64,000 bases of DNA, from the NCBI GenBank assembly GCA_028023455.1, contig JAQFVV010000003.1:7502001-7566000 (forward strand). Reading direction: 5' to 3'. The stretch comes from Epiperipatus broadwayi (Eukaryota; Animalia; Onychophora). Position numbers and translations under genes: made by a program. The notes under the pieces are model-generated. The model made no database searches. It saw only the letters and a program-made list of their open reading frames with translations, and was not told the DNA's origin. This document shows positions 1-13,747 of the stretch, piece after piece (within the stretch, counting starts at the first letter, position 1; each line of letters begins with the position of its first letter).

Positions 1-1799
1 ATTTATAGCATAAATAGATTTGGATAAAATTTATAAATAGCTGATGTCTATTCTTCAATTGCATTTGTTATGAGGCTACTTTGGAAAACAAAAAACTTCC
101 TTGGAAGTTTGAAGAGCAATGACAGGCTACTCCATCCTATGATTTACTTCTTAGACTGAGAGTGAACTTCATTTGGAAAGCTTATGAAATGTTCATTTCA
201 CTACTATGACCATGGAATGTTTAATCTTTAATAGAAACTTAATGCTCTTGTGATCATGTTAAAATATAAAAAAAAAAATCTCACTGTCAAAACAACTTGA
301 AAAACTATCAGAGCTCTGAAAAAAAAAAAAATTAAAAAAGAAGCCTGGTGTCCCTGTTTACAAACCTGCTTCTAATTTAAAACTGTAATTGAATGACAAA
401 TTAGAATGCAATCCTTCATTAGTTCACATTATTAAAAAAAAAACTTAAATAGGAACTATACTAAGATTAGAATGAACTTTTAGTTTAAAAATCTATTGAA
501 TATATTTTAATGAATTAATAACATGATTTATATAATTATATATATATACCTTTTAGGTATTAAATCAAACATTTTTTTTATATTTAAAAGTATTTTAAGG
601 TGTCTCAAGTAATATTTAATCAATAAAATTATAGAATAAACTCTTTATAGATATTTATTAATAATTAAAGAGAACAAATAAAAAAATCGTATAAGTGTGT
701 TAATAAGAGAGCTAGGAGTTTGAGCTACAAAATCTAAATCATCTTATTTTAAGGTATAGTAATAATTTTTCATAACTTTGTAATAGGACAAAGATTAGTT
801 GACAGCATAACTGATCTGAACTGACAATTACTTTTAAGTTCATTCTTATGTGTCAAATGATCAAATGTTTTGCTATAACTTTATGAAATTTTATATGCAA
901 GTAATTTTAGTGTATTTACTTATTTGAAGTTTATACAGATGTTAAGGCTGAGATGTGCACATATATAATTTTTATATAGAATCAATGTTAACATCAGCAT
1001 GAGTGCATTAATTTATTAAAGGTTTAAAGAAGGAATTCTGTTAATGATTCTGTTATACAATAGTATATCACGATTATATATACAGATGTTGAATTCCTGC
1101 AAAAGTTTAAAGTAATGATGATATTCATGCCAATTGCTTGCCATATTAATAATTTCATATATTACAAAAGAATCCTGGTGTACAATGATTTGTTTACTAA
1201 ATATTTATTATTGATTTAATGATTGCTTTTCTGGATTTATTTATGCACACACATGAATAGTGAATTGATGTTATTAGAAGATATGAATCACGTGTTGTTG
1301 TATACTGGTGATCAAAGTTCAAATAGCATCTGTCTGCCTACATTATTTTGTTACTGAGGATTTATGTGAATATAGTGTCATGACATGTTGTCATTATCTT
1401 CTTGTGAATAGCCAATTAAAATTATTAATGGATATTTATATAATTATTATTAATGATAAATCATAATGTATTGTTATACATAACATATATAGAATTTTAA
1501 GATGCTTACATGAATGGTTGACAGCTTTGTGCATACTAGGTCCTTGATTCCAATCCCTACCTAAAGATTTAACTCATATTTAAACTTGTATAAATTGATT
1601 AATCAGTCATTTGATATTGTGCACATTCATATCAAAGTGACACACTCAGAAATAATAATATTATAGAGATCAAGGAACTAATAAGAACTACTTCATATCT
1701 TGTATGCATTAAGCTCATCCTTGATAATAAAATGCATTTAAATGTTAAATATAAATTATAGTAAGATATTTCCTACTTGCACATTTTAGCCAATTTACA

Positions 1800-3890
1800 A
1801 ATACATACCTGTGTCAACTAGAAAATCAAATATCACAAAAAATATATAGCATATATGGATTATACAGGATATCAATGGTACCATTCATGAGAAAACAAAA
1901 AACCAATAACCAAAATCACCAACATAAGACCTATCTCAATGGAGCCTTTACGAATTAAACAGCTATGAAAAGTAATAAAGGTGAAAATTGAACCATTCAT
2001 ACTGACAGAATATCACAACACCAATATGCAAAGAAAGCTCATCCACAGGTCAGGCAGCACTAATCTTTAAAATTATAAGTAACTTAGTTATTAAGAAGAA
2101 AAATGCTCCAATTGCAGTACAACTTGGATTTTGAAAGTGCTTTCGACTCAGTACCAATGAAAATATTACTAAACCAACTAAAGGAAACACAAAAGACCAT
2201 GATCAATATTATATACAATAGCCAATCTATTTTTAAACAGAGAAATACCTATCACACTTAATGAGGAACCTCATCGTCATTCTATCCCACTCAAACAATA
2301 CCACAAGGTTCACCAGTGAATACACTACTGCTCACATTCTACATAAACCCTTTATTAGAAGAAATTTAAAAAAAAAAAAAATACAGGGAGTGCTAATACC
2401 AAATACCAAAAAATATATTCCTTGTATAGCTTATATGGATGACATTACTATATTCCTAAAATCAAAAAAGCAACTGCAAGCACTACAAAACAACATAGAA
2501 GATATACAGAAAAATTCAAACTTAAAATCAATATTAATAAGCCAGCTGCTTGGACAATTTTTACAGGAAAAATAAATAAACAAATTTATCAAGGAAAGCC
2601 CAGCAGTTTTCTAGGTTTCCCATTTTATCTGGGAATGAATCAAATGAGAACAAAAATACAAAACAAGCTCAAAGTGAAAGCAGAAAGAATCACAGAATCA
2701 CTATCTAGATCATATCTATCAATATACGCAAAAGTATCACTATTCAATCAACTCATAATGTCAACAATCAACTACTACTTACCAATAATTATTTTCATAA
2801 AACCATTTATAGCCTCGATTAACTCATTTTGTAACAAACTACTATGGAACAGGAAAGCAGTTGCCATTTCTATAAAACAACTTAACCAACCAACAAAATA
2901 GGAGACTTCACTCAATATCAGTGTTTCAAACACAAAAAATAAATCTGCTAATAGCCATAATCAAAAGGTTTCCAGATATTGAACCAATATTGGAAATCAC
3001 ACTCACAGATCACCCACTACCAACAAATAATTATATCTTTACGCTGCTTGAAAGCATTGAGGAAATCAAAAACAAAGTAACCCCGAAAAGCCCTATAAAA
3101 TATACATATCGGCAGATACATGATTTCTTAACCCAAAAACAACCCGAGAATAACCAAATATCTGTACTGGGAATTGATAATATCCAATTACTTAAAAAAT
3201 TTAGGAAATGGTATCTGGAACCAAAATTTTATGATTTTATCATTAGTCAATTTAACAGCATTACCTACAGCTCAACTTATAAGATATAGAAGATTCTACA
3301 TAAATATAGATCCCTTGTGCATGCTGTGCCACAGGCAGAAATGACTGTTCAAGGCTTGAAAAAGTAAGACAGATGATGGTTGGCAGATATAGGAAAAATG
3401 GAACCACAATAGATGAGATACTGAAAACATTCAAAAATAATAGAATACCAACTATAAGGGCAATCACTTTCAGCTTGTAGGCATTCTGGTGTACCAGATG
3501 CACTATTACACTAGGAAACAATACAAGAAGGCACCCTAACACATATAAAAACAACCTGCAAAAAAATAAGGGAGACAGCCTTCTTGCACTGCCTGACATC
3601 TTTGCAGCAACGTGATTTCTGTTTAAAATACAGGCCACTTTGTAATAAAGGATATAACAGAAAAAGGCAAAATCAAGCATAAAATTCAATGTTACAAAAA
3701 TGATACAAGCAAGAAGCAACAAGATGAAACACTGAGAGTCAAATACGTGGAACAAGGCATACAGGGAGATCTGAAATGCAAAGAGACTTTTTCAAACATA
3801 CAGACAGTAATGAAATAACTATGTAACCCTCTGTATAACACAATGTATAACCTACAACCAATGTTTACCACTTGTTTTTTAATAAAGTTA
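1800..3890 (+). mobile_element. Decayed, 5'-truncated non-LTR retrotransposon (L1/Tx1-like), RT domain plus C-terminal region
   Basis: Frameshifted RT motifs in order: NIRPISM (~1921), LDFESAFDSV (~2124), AYMDDITIF (ORF 2261-2575), then LSIYAKVSLFNQLIMSTINYY (ORF 2635-2901, typical of the L1/Tx1 thumb region), a CxxC (PLCMLCH, ~3311) and AATAAA near 3880. Clade assignment is from motif memory only. Confidence 0.8.
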
Positions 3891-4280
3891 CCTTTGAAAC
3901 CTAAATTATAGTAAGATAAAGAAAGATTAATTCATTTTAATATGATTTCCTTTTATATTCACATATGAAGTTTAGAATTGTTTTGAAGCACTCATTTTTA
4001 ATTTCTTAGTTTGTTTTGTACATGAAATAACTGAACTGCTTCTTTAATTAATTCTGTATGTTGAAGTATTTGAAGATCGAATTTAATTGTGGTAAGACAA
4101 AAGGAAGTCTCATGTTTATTCCTAACCTACTGTGGAGGATCAGAACTAGAATATCTGCCAGATAAATTTCATACTATTATATAGATATGTAAAAAGCCAA
4201 AAGGGTATTAGATATTTAGGTGATATAGGTTTAAGGTATTAACCCTATTATTCGGTGGGGGCTACAATTCCAATATATAT

Positions 4281-4868
4281 AATAGAAAATCATATAACAT
4301 TAGAATACTAACTAAGAAACAAATTTTATACAATTCTCTCAAGACCATCATGGTTTCCACTATTAACAAATAGAACTCAAGTGAAATTCAAAATAGATAC
4401 AAACATAAAACAAAAATAGTAATTTCATAAATCATTTCAAACCACATACCTTTAAGGTCAAAGGTTGCTTTCATGAGATTGATGGCTTCAGTTTTAAGAA
4501 GATTTATCATCAGAATTTCTTTGACTCTTCTTACCTTTAATATTAAAAGATATAAGATTGATGGCTTCAGATTTAAAATTTATCATCAGTTTTGATTTTT
4601 CATTTTAATTAAAAAAAAAAAAAAAGAAGACTTAAAGAAACTGATGATAAATCTTCTTAAATCTGAGGCCATCAATTTCATGAAAACATTCTTTAACATT
4701 AAAGGTGAGAGGTTTTTGAAGTGATTTATGTGATGGCTATTTCTGACAGTATCTATTTTGAATTTTACTTTAAAAGATCTGGATTAATAAATGAAACCAT
4801 GATCATGAGAGAATTTTAGTATAAATTTGTTTTTTAGCTAATATTCTAATATTATATGATTTTCTATT
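4281..4868. repeat. Diverged long inverted repeat, arms ~4281-4532 and ~4624-4868
   Basis: tttcatgagattgatggcttcagttttaagaagatttatcatca (~4470) is the near-exact reverse complement of tgatgataaatcttcttaaatctgaggccatcaatttcatgaaa (~4642). Similarity continues outward for about 250 bp. Confidence 0.9.
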
Positions 4869-7149
4869 TTATTTATCATTACTAATATAGTGTTAGGCAG
4901 TATTTATATATACACACATATATACAAATTCCGTAATGATTGAATTTTATTTCAATCAGCACAAAAAGTGCTTTCATCATTGTTGCTCTAATCAACTATA
5001 TAAATAATAAATAAGTTGATATAAATTAAAGAGAAATAAGTTTACAATCAGTTTCTTAATATTAACATCTTCAATTACAATATGATCTATTATAAAGGCT
5101 AAGATATCACATACCAATTGTGAATGTCTGTTTATATTGACATCTAGTATCTGTTGGCTTACTAATGTTTATATAATTGATGATTTAATGCACAATTGCA
5201 TATAAATAGTGAAATTAAACCCACGCTGATTTAAAATAAAACAATAAACACATTATATATTGTAAGTATTCAGATTAACTGTAGGTCAAAGTATTAATTT
5301 AAAACAAAATGAAGTTTGTTGATCTTGCTTAGTTTTCTTCTCACTTGGTCCATGGATAATGGAGATCTTGAAATACAAAGAACTAGATAACCATGGCAAC
5401 CTAATACTTTAAAATAATATTGTTTACTGCTAATTCTAGTTTCAAAATCCTAAATCTGTTGTGATCAATCTCAAAAAAAAAATATAAACAGGTAAATAAG
5501 TAAATAAATTTTGGAAATAGTTAAGTGTATCATAAAAGATTACTTGAATAAAATCAACATTATTATTAAGAATTACACATTTCAATTTACGTTATTGCAA
5601 TCACCATAGCAACACCTATTACACAATTAAACGTTATATGTTTCACATATATTTGTTTGTAAATTAACTTGGAGAAAAATTATTATTAAAAAATGTAAAA
5701 ATATTTATATCCATTAAAATATATTAAAATTATAATAGAAATTCTTTATTTGGGTTTAAAAATAAAAAATCATATCGAACTTGCATTTCATTTTCACTGT
5801 ATCCAATTTTTTTAAAATCTCCATTTCACTTACTTTGGATGGAAAATTTTCTTGAACAAATTGTTCATCATCGATTTAAATTTGAGTGATTTCCAACTGT
5901 TGTTATCACAGCAATAATGTCATCAAGAGGATATTATAAATAGAACGGAGAGACTGTAATTTGAGTTCTTATCATTTTGTTGTTGCACAAAACAGATACA
6001 TTTTTCTGTGTCTTTAAAAATTTATTAAATTTTATTGTTTAAGTGGTTAATTGATAAAACTATGGAAGAATAAAAATTTTAACTATCTGCCTGTTCAATG
6101 GGGCAGCTAGCTGATGAGATTCCAGGGAAAACAACAAAAATGTAGAAGAAAAACCCATCAAAATGCATTGCATTGCAGGTCAGCTATATAAATATATTCC
6201 GTGGTTAAAAAAAATCCAGAATTGCATTCATAAAACCCCATTATGTTTCTATGGATATCGTATTTCAGATTAAGGAATTCTACGAGATCGATTAACTCAA
6301 CTTATGTGTGATAATAAGTGATTTAAACTTCACTTTCGTAATCTGAAAAAAAAAAGAAAAACTAGTATTGATTCTTCACTTGATTATAACTGGATTGTGT
6401 CATTAAAGGAATTCTCTTTGTATATTATTGTCAATGGAAAAAGGAAAATTAAAGCCAGTGATATGTAATTTTGCATCTGTTGTTTTGAAAGCTGTATATT
6501 TATATATTTAAAAGAAAACATTGGAAATTAAATGCAAAATAAATTGAATTTGAATCTGTGTTAGTTACCACACGTGCTTATCTTCTCTACTGAAAGGAAA
6601 ATCATCTCTACACCTTAGGTTGGGAATAAAGAATGAAAGCTATAATGGATCAGTGGATAGTGAGTGAAAATTGACAGACTCACTTATATGGTATGATTTC
6701 TATGCATATATTTTTTTTGTTAAAGAAAAGGGAATATTTACATTTTACTGTAAAAACATAGGTAAATAGTATATATGGATATGATAGAATTCATGCTAAA
6801 AAAGTGTCGGAGAGATTCATTTAGTTATTATTTGAGCTCTTCTCTGATGATATAAACTAATATGACATGATGTTTTCATATATTTAATTTTTTGTATGTA
6901 CAAAATTTAACTTGAGAATATCGAATAGAAAAAGGTTTAAATATAATTTTTTTTTGTTTGTTTAATTATTTAGAAATTACATTAATAAAGAAATAAAAAA
7001 CAATTTTTATTTGATCATATTTTTTTATTATTATCTGTCATATTTAAAATCTCAGAAAGATATTAAAAGTCTCTCCGTTTTTATAGATCATATTATTGTC
7101 TTGCAGCACGTTTTTTTTTTTTTTTTGGAGTTCCACACACATAGATTTT

Positions 7150-8320
7150 ATTATTTTTATTGATTTTAGTCTATTGCCAAATATCGATTGATGTTCTGTT
7201 ATATTTTATTATTACTGTTATCAATTTTTATTATAAACCAATAAATTTAGTGTTGATTTAAAATTCGATGAATCTGTTTAATTTTATTTTAATTGAATGC
7301 ACAAGATAATGTTGGTAATTAAAATTTGACCCAAGATCAAACCCACCTTAGTAAATGAACTAAAATTAGATATTTTTATATTTCATACATCATTTTTTTT
7401 AAATCCGATTACATATAAATTTTATATTTATTATTGCATTTAAATATTTGTTTACTTATCTATATCAATAGTAATGGTATAAATAATTTCATTAGAATTA
7501 ATTATTTATTTGCTTATCTTGTCTGGTTATAAAAACCTTAATAGATTATGTTCTGTCATTAGTCAGAGTGACTTATTTTGGCTACTTTTTAAATTTCTTT
7601 GAAGTGGAGATCATAAATTTCATTAACTAGCATAAGTGAATATTATCTCTGGCTTGGATAATAGCCAATTATTGTTATATATAGCTTAATTATTACAAGG
7701 TCCATTTTATAACCGATTGATTGGAGATTTAAGTAGATGAATAATCTCAATATAAGTCAGTTAATGTCCAATAGAAACCTAGGATATATTTCATATAATG
7801 TGATTGGGTACTGTAAAATGTAAAATTACCTAATGGAATTTATTAATAATAAATTCTTGTGGAGTATTTCATTTTTGAATATAACTGAAGGAATAATTGT
7901 GTATCGATCTACTGTACGGCATGAATGAAATGTTTATATTATATTTAACGTTTTACTATAATAGATATAAAACTGAGTAAAAGTTATTTTATTTAAGCAT
8001 TATAAATAGCGTGTAGGTTTATAAAACATTTTCAAAATGTAATTATAGTTATTTAGAAACTAGTTGATTTAAATAGAATATCATTAAATATTAAAATAAA
8101 TTTGAATTACTATAAGTAATATTAAATCCATAAAGTATATCAGGATTTGGTGGGTTATTGATTTGAATGGAGTTTCATTCAATTATTGATTAAATAGATA
8201 TCTCAAGAATACATCATTGTTTGGGGCAATGATATGTGATTTCATTGCTTATTGCAGTTTACTTTGGAATTGTGAATATATTTGTTGATGTCTGGAACGA
8301 TGATCTAGTTTGCTGTATTT
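7150..8320 (-). mobile_element. Highly decayed Penelope-like RT remnant
   Basis: Minus-strand fragments FLRYL, LIYFMDLI and FYKPT in the order of the PLE RT motifs (W.RYVDD, L.FLD, YRKPT). Many stops and frameshifts. Confidence 0.35.
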
Positions 8321-8328
8321 TGTTTTAA

Positions 8329-8538
8329 ATACTATCTGGATAAATTATATTTTGAAATTATTATTAGTATTTTATGACAGTGTAGTAGGCAATATAAATA
8401 ATTATGTATGGGAAATATTGTTATCGCCTAGTATACTATCTGGATAAATTATATTTTGAGATTATTATTATTATTTCATGACAGTGTAGTAGGCAATATA
8501 AATAATTATGTATGGGAAATATTGTTATCGCCTAGTAT
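8329..8538 (+). repeat. Tandem duplication, 104-bp unit x2
   Basis: atactatctggataaattatattttga...ttgttatcgcctagt starts at 8329 and again at 8433 with only a few mismatches. Confidence 0.95.
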
Positions 8539-9288
8539 GGTCGATAAATGAGATAGATAATTTTACACAGGTTGTAACAGAGTTACTATTTATCAAGGTG
8601 TGTTTTTTTTTTTTTGCTCTGTAATAAAGAAAATAAATCTTGAGGGCATTTCTTTATGACAAATGTTGATTGAACAAATGTAGAGAGGTAGTGAGATAGA
8701 AAATTCATTATTATTGTGACAAAGTAGCTATCCAATGCTAGCCGATGATAATCCTGTACAAGTAGTAATTATTACCAAATGCCAAATCAACTTTAGGGCT
8801 GTTATAAGGTAGTGTTCTACATTGAGATCTATATTATTATAAATAATGTTTGAATTCTTAAACATAGTAAAGTTTATTATATTATTATCCCATATTACAA
8901 TCAGTAGTTCAGTACAAAAAGGCGACCAATAATCAGGCTGTTTTGTTCAGATTAGATTGATCATCTCCCAGGCATCATTTTTTTTAGCACATTACAATAC
9001 ATATTGTATACTACAAAAACAAAAAAAAATATTAATTAGATGTCAAGTTGATATTTAATCTGGATGATCTTCTTAATGTTATATTTACTGTTGTATGAAT
9101 AAATTGGTCTATTTCATCATTCTCAATTTCACATAGTATTTTCAACTTTCTCATCATTTTGAATTTCTTCAATAAATAAAAATCTCATATATCCAAAACA
9201 AAATAATTACAAAATATATATTATGATAATTACAAAATTGCAAATTAGATGCATAAAGTTAATGTTATATAAAGAGAAAACAGATGTA

Positions 9289-9630
9289 ATAATAGAGATA
9301 AAAAAATTTTTTATATTAATTGCTTTTATTGATCATGCATTAAAAAACTAGAAAAATAATTGTTTGTTCAACCACAATTAGGCTATTTAGATTTATCTTC
9401 AAATAAGAACATGGGGGGTCCAGAAATTAATTAAGTCATTTAAGTCAATCCTTTGTTATAAAAAATAGGGATTGACTTAATTAATTGCTGGACCCCTCCC
9501 CCCATGCTTTTATTTCAAGTTAAATCCAAATAGCCCAATTGTGGTTAAACAAACTATTATTTTTTTGTTTTACTTTTTAGTACACAATCAATAAAAACAC
9601 TTAATATAAAAAAAAATTTCTCTCTATTAT
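9289..9630. repeat. Palindrome, arms ~9289-9452 and ~9467-9630
   Basis: accacaattaggctatttagatt...catggggggtccagaaattaattaagtca is mirrored by tgacttaattaattgctggacccctccccccatg...aatccaaatagcccaattgtggtt. Confidence 0.9.
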
Positions 9631-12524
9631 TTCTAAGCTTTTAATATTGGTATAGTAAATGAAAATGTAAAACTATATTGTACTTTAAATTGACTGGACA
9701 GTTATAGTTGATATATATCACTAAATATGTATACATCTTATATATATATCGTATTTAGTATGTGTATATAAATGACTAAAAATATGAAATATTCTTTTAA
9801 GTGAAGTGTTTGACATTTTGACAATTTTTATATAAATGCAATTTATCCATTCCACTTTGAACACGTTTTAGCAAAAAACCTTTTATTGTACATATATGCA
9901 TACACAATCTTACATTTTAACTGTCCTGCAGTCTTCTTCATAGCCACTTTTGCTTTAATTTTTTTTTAAAAATAGAGTGGATAAATTGCATTTATCTAAA
10001 TTATTATAGCAAAATAAAGGAAGTGGTGAATTTGGTATTATTTCTGAATTTTTATTTTTACTTAAAATAATTTTTTTTAAAAAAAAAGCTAAACAAAACT
10101 ATATTATAAACAACTTTCTTATCACTTAAATGAAGTTTGCCCTCATAACAAATAAATCAATAGCAAGCATTATTTAAAACATTCTCCTCACTCTTCCTAT
10201 CTAAAAACTAAGTCACATATTTAAAAAATTAATGTGTCCTATCACTTTCAAAAACATTTTAAACAAATGTACAAAATTTCAACAAGTTATATTGAACTTG
10301 AATATATTAAATATCAATTTTAAAATGTTAAAAAAATATTAAACTGAAAAAAAAAAAAATCTTTAGTGCCCTCTCACAATTTAACAGATAAACAAACAAA
10401 CTGCTTTTTCAATTTCAATAAAGCATTTAAAAACAACAACAAAAAAAAAAGAGCGATTCTCCAAGATCATCTCCAAGTGATGACAAATTTACAAATATTG
10501 TATCATGAATATTTTTAGTTTCTATATTTATTGTATACTTTCTTCATAAAATGCTCAAAATCAAAACCGAAAAAATTGCTTTATCAATCAGTTGGCTATA
10601 TTATTAAAGTGTTTAAACAGTATTGAGTCCTTTTGATTTTGATTATTCATGCTTTACATAAATTAGTAGTTATTGATTATTCTCACAAACTTACTGAATA
10701 TCTAGAGACATGACCAATAATCACTTACAGACTGGCAATCCAAGTTATCATAAGCATACTTTGGGCTTTTGTAGTTAACAATTAATGAACTTGCTATTAA
10801 TTTTCATAATACTGTACTTATAGTATGACTCATTTATATGATAAAATAAAAATTAAAAGTTTCATTTTTGCATTTTTTAAGGCTTAATTTCAAAGAAAAC
10901 AGTAAAAAAATTTCTACTGAAAGAAGAACAATGACATTATTATGGCATGAAAACAAGTGTCTTTATTTTATTTAAAATTTTACATATAGTATATTTATTA
11001 ACTTATATAGACAAAAAAAAAATGTATATATGTATACACAAAAAAATGTGTTTAAAAATTTTATAAAAAGATTTACTGACTGTAGAATTTCTTGTAAAAA
11101 TGATAGGGCTATAAGGAAGTTGTTGATCATCATTTGTTTAAATATTTTAGTTAATTTGTTTTTTTAAATCAATTTTAAGCCAAACAGTTATTAATCAGTA
11201 ATGGCCAAATATGGATTAGAAGTTAGTTTTCTAAATATGATATGCAATTTTAAATCCATTTAGTTTTTACATAATAAACAACATGCTTATATTCTATTTA
11301 TTAATTACACAGAAATAAGCTTAACTATATATCCATATAAAGGAAATTATAAACCAACCAAAGTGTATATTAGCATATGGAATCACATTATACATTATAA
11401 AATTGTTACAATTAAGCCTATGCCTTCTTTTAATTGGAAAATTGTCACACAAATACCAAGAAAAAAAACTGCACTAGAAATTCTCAGCTATCTTCATTTT
11501 ACATCACTTATATATAAATATTGAATAATTTGTTATGAGTTGATGACAAACACTATTGTCAGTATGCAGCCATCCAGTAGAGATAAATGAATATCTTAGC
11601 CATGTTTAATTAGATGTTATAAAATTCCATTAGATTCCAAATGTATGGCATTATCTTCCCTTTGGAGTAAATGAACAGGGATAAAAAAAAACAACAACAA
11701 TGTAATAGATAAGAACTCTCCATTTTCATCACATAACTTATCCTCCAGTTATTTGCTCATTGGCAGTTAAAAAATCTTTAGTAGAGATATCAAATTATTA
11801 TTAGAAACCTGCAAACAAATAAACAATGCTTTTTTAAAATTAAATAAACATACAGCATTGTTTCAAATAATAGAGTTAATGCCCTGCTTTCTAGCAATTA
11901 CTTTAACACGCGTTTTATATAATAAAAAATTATCACTCTAATCAGAAATACTAATTAACAATAAAACAAAATAGCTTTCTACTTTCTTTAATCTTAGGAA
12001 TTACAACAAAGACGTTTAACTATTATGTATCAAGAAAATCAATTGCCTATTGATTCGCTAATCTTAGCAATAACCCTTATCGGGATTTTAAAAAATAATT
12101 GATAGAACATTCAAGAGCCTATTTATATTATGGGTGTCTGAGCCTCAAGTTATGTTACTGGTACAAAAATAAAAAAATGTACCAAAAAAAAAAAAAACAG
12201 ATTATGTGATAACAGAGATTACTTAATTCCATGGGATCCACTATGACTTAATTAAATGAAATGCAGGTTCACTACTGCATAATTATCAATGAAAACCTTT
12301 TTATTATGTAATAATACATCTAAAGTGCTTTATGTTAAGAGTTATATAAGAACCAGCTAAATACATCAAGAGGTTACTAAATGTAGCATCTAGAAGTTTT
12401 GATTTTAAATATGAAACAAATTATTTATTTAGTTTTTATAAATTATTGTATATAATAAAAATGAACTAGGGGTTTTTTTTTTTAAATAATCAGATTATTA
12501 CTCGAGAATTCATAAGAAGTTAAA

Positions 12525-12593
12525 ACACCGGAAATAATTCCTATACCTTATGCTCCAGAGTCTGCTATTCTACTACTGCATCTAATCATGCCG
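12525..12593 (-). mobile_element. tRNA-derived SINE head fragment
   Basis: Shares ccttatgctccagagtctg.ta.tcta.tactgca with copies at 42.7, 42.8 and 44.2 kb. The 44.2 kb copy shows A-box and B-box-like motifs. Confidence 0.55.
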
Positions 12594-13170
12594 AACATGA
12601 AAAACACTTTAGTTTCAAATCTTAATAACGCTAATATATATTAAATAATTCCCCGAAAGCCTTGGTTAACTAAGCAACAGAGTACTATGATTAAGGGATA
12701 GCACTTAATAAATGTAAGGGACTTTAGTTACAATTGTAGCTCCAAATTTGAGGAACGAAAATAAAATATATTGAGGATACGGCAAACAATGGACCTGTTA
12801 TCCACGATTAAATGTTTTGAGACTATGTTATAATATCCTATTGCCAAGAATCTAATATGCATTCTGCACTTCAACATTTATATTCTTAACAGTTTTGTGT
12901 GTATGTATAAATTACACACGTGAGTGTATTAATGTCAAGCTTCATTTGGAATATAGTTTACGTGAAAAATGTAAATAAATTACAAATTATAATCGTAGTA
13001 AGAAATTTTCGCTAAATTAGCTTAAATTAAATAAAATATATAATAGAATGGCAGCAACAAACGCGCAACACAGAACATTTATGTATAAAAAAACAAAAGC
13101 AAGAAATTAATTTAAATAAATGTGTTTTTTTTTTTAAAAAAATTGCTTGATTAAACTTTTAATGACTGAC

Positions 13171-13252
13171 CTTTTTTCTTTAACAGCAAAGCTGCAACAC
13201 AACTATCAACTCCTCCAGACATAGCACATATAATTCTCCGTAAAATTGGCAT
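13171..13252 (-). CDS. TRMU: Mitochondrial tRNA-specific 2-thiouridylase (MnmA/TRMU), coding exon 1
   Basis: ATG at 13252 gives MPILRRIICAMSGGVDSCVAALLLKKK+G. The SGGVDS PP-loop and VAALLL match the MnmA/TRMU N-terminus. The 82-nt exon ends at a GTCAGT donor (phase 1). Missed by the ORF track because it is short. Confidence 0.93.
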
Positions 13253-13660
13253 ATTTAAATTAATAATTATCAAAAATGAAAAAAATATTTGTCAAACTAT
13301 ACTTATTCCACTCATTTTAGATAACAGCCCCCGTTAATTATTTCCAGTAATATTTTAGTGAATGGAATTATCAACCTTAAATGCACACTTCCATGTTGTT
13401 GAGAAACTTATTTCCGTTTAACTAAATATAAAAGCGGATTCTATAGGCAACTTTTTATCGCGGTTGATTCATTACTTGATTTATTGTCCAATAAAAAAGT
13501 AGCTACTATTTTTAAATTTTAAATTAGGACATGCGTGTACTATATGGTAGTATAAATAATGGCTGACATACCACGGTGGCTATCTTAGCACGCTTGCAAA
13601 AGTTTTTTTTTTTAATTTTTTATTTTTCGTGTCAGTCTTTTTAAGGTGGCGCCTGTATTG
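13253..13660. promoter_or_regulatory. Putative bidirectional promoter and 5' UTR region between TRMU (-) and MTMR14 (+)
   Basis: 408 bp between two divergent start codons. CpG dinucleotides are locally more frequent than in the surrounding AT-rich DNA (atcgcggtt, catgcgtg, ccacggtggc, ggtggcgcc), and a GC-box-like GGGGGCGTG lies at ~13782. TSS not determined. Confidence 0.7.
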
Positions 13661-13747
13661 ATGGAGGAAGTTACACTTGACGATCTTCACAGTTTGTTGT
13701 CTTATTTTTCTAAATATACTTATAAAGCAGTGGATAACGAAAGCCAG
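13661..13747 (+). CDS. MTMR14: Myotubularin-related protein 14 (EDTP/Jumpy-like), coding exon 1
   Basis: MEEVTLDDLHSLLSYFSKYTYKAVDNESQ resembles MTMR14 N-terminal L.ELL..FS...Y.A.D. 87 nt, donor CAG|GTATTG, phase 0. Confidence 0.8.

Noticed and set aside
3261-3755. 164-aa hydrophobic ORF on the - strand
   Set aside because: Antisense to the A-rich 3' part of the LINE remnant. The apparent membrane-protein character is a by-product of base composition.
6105-6145. CTGATGAG...GGAAAAC hammerhead-like string
   Set aside because: No GAAAC...GTH helix III and no convincing helix I.
11640-11808. Possible TRMU exon 2 (acceptor-like TTTGCAG, with NW and DENGE fragments)
   Set aside because: Stop codons follow the acceptor in the required phase and the fragments are in different frames. 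The true exon 2 probably lies outside the window.
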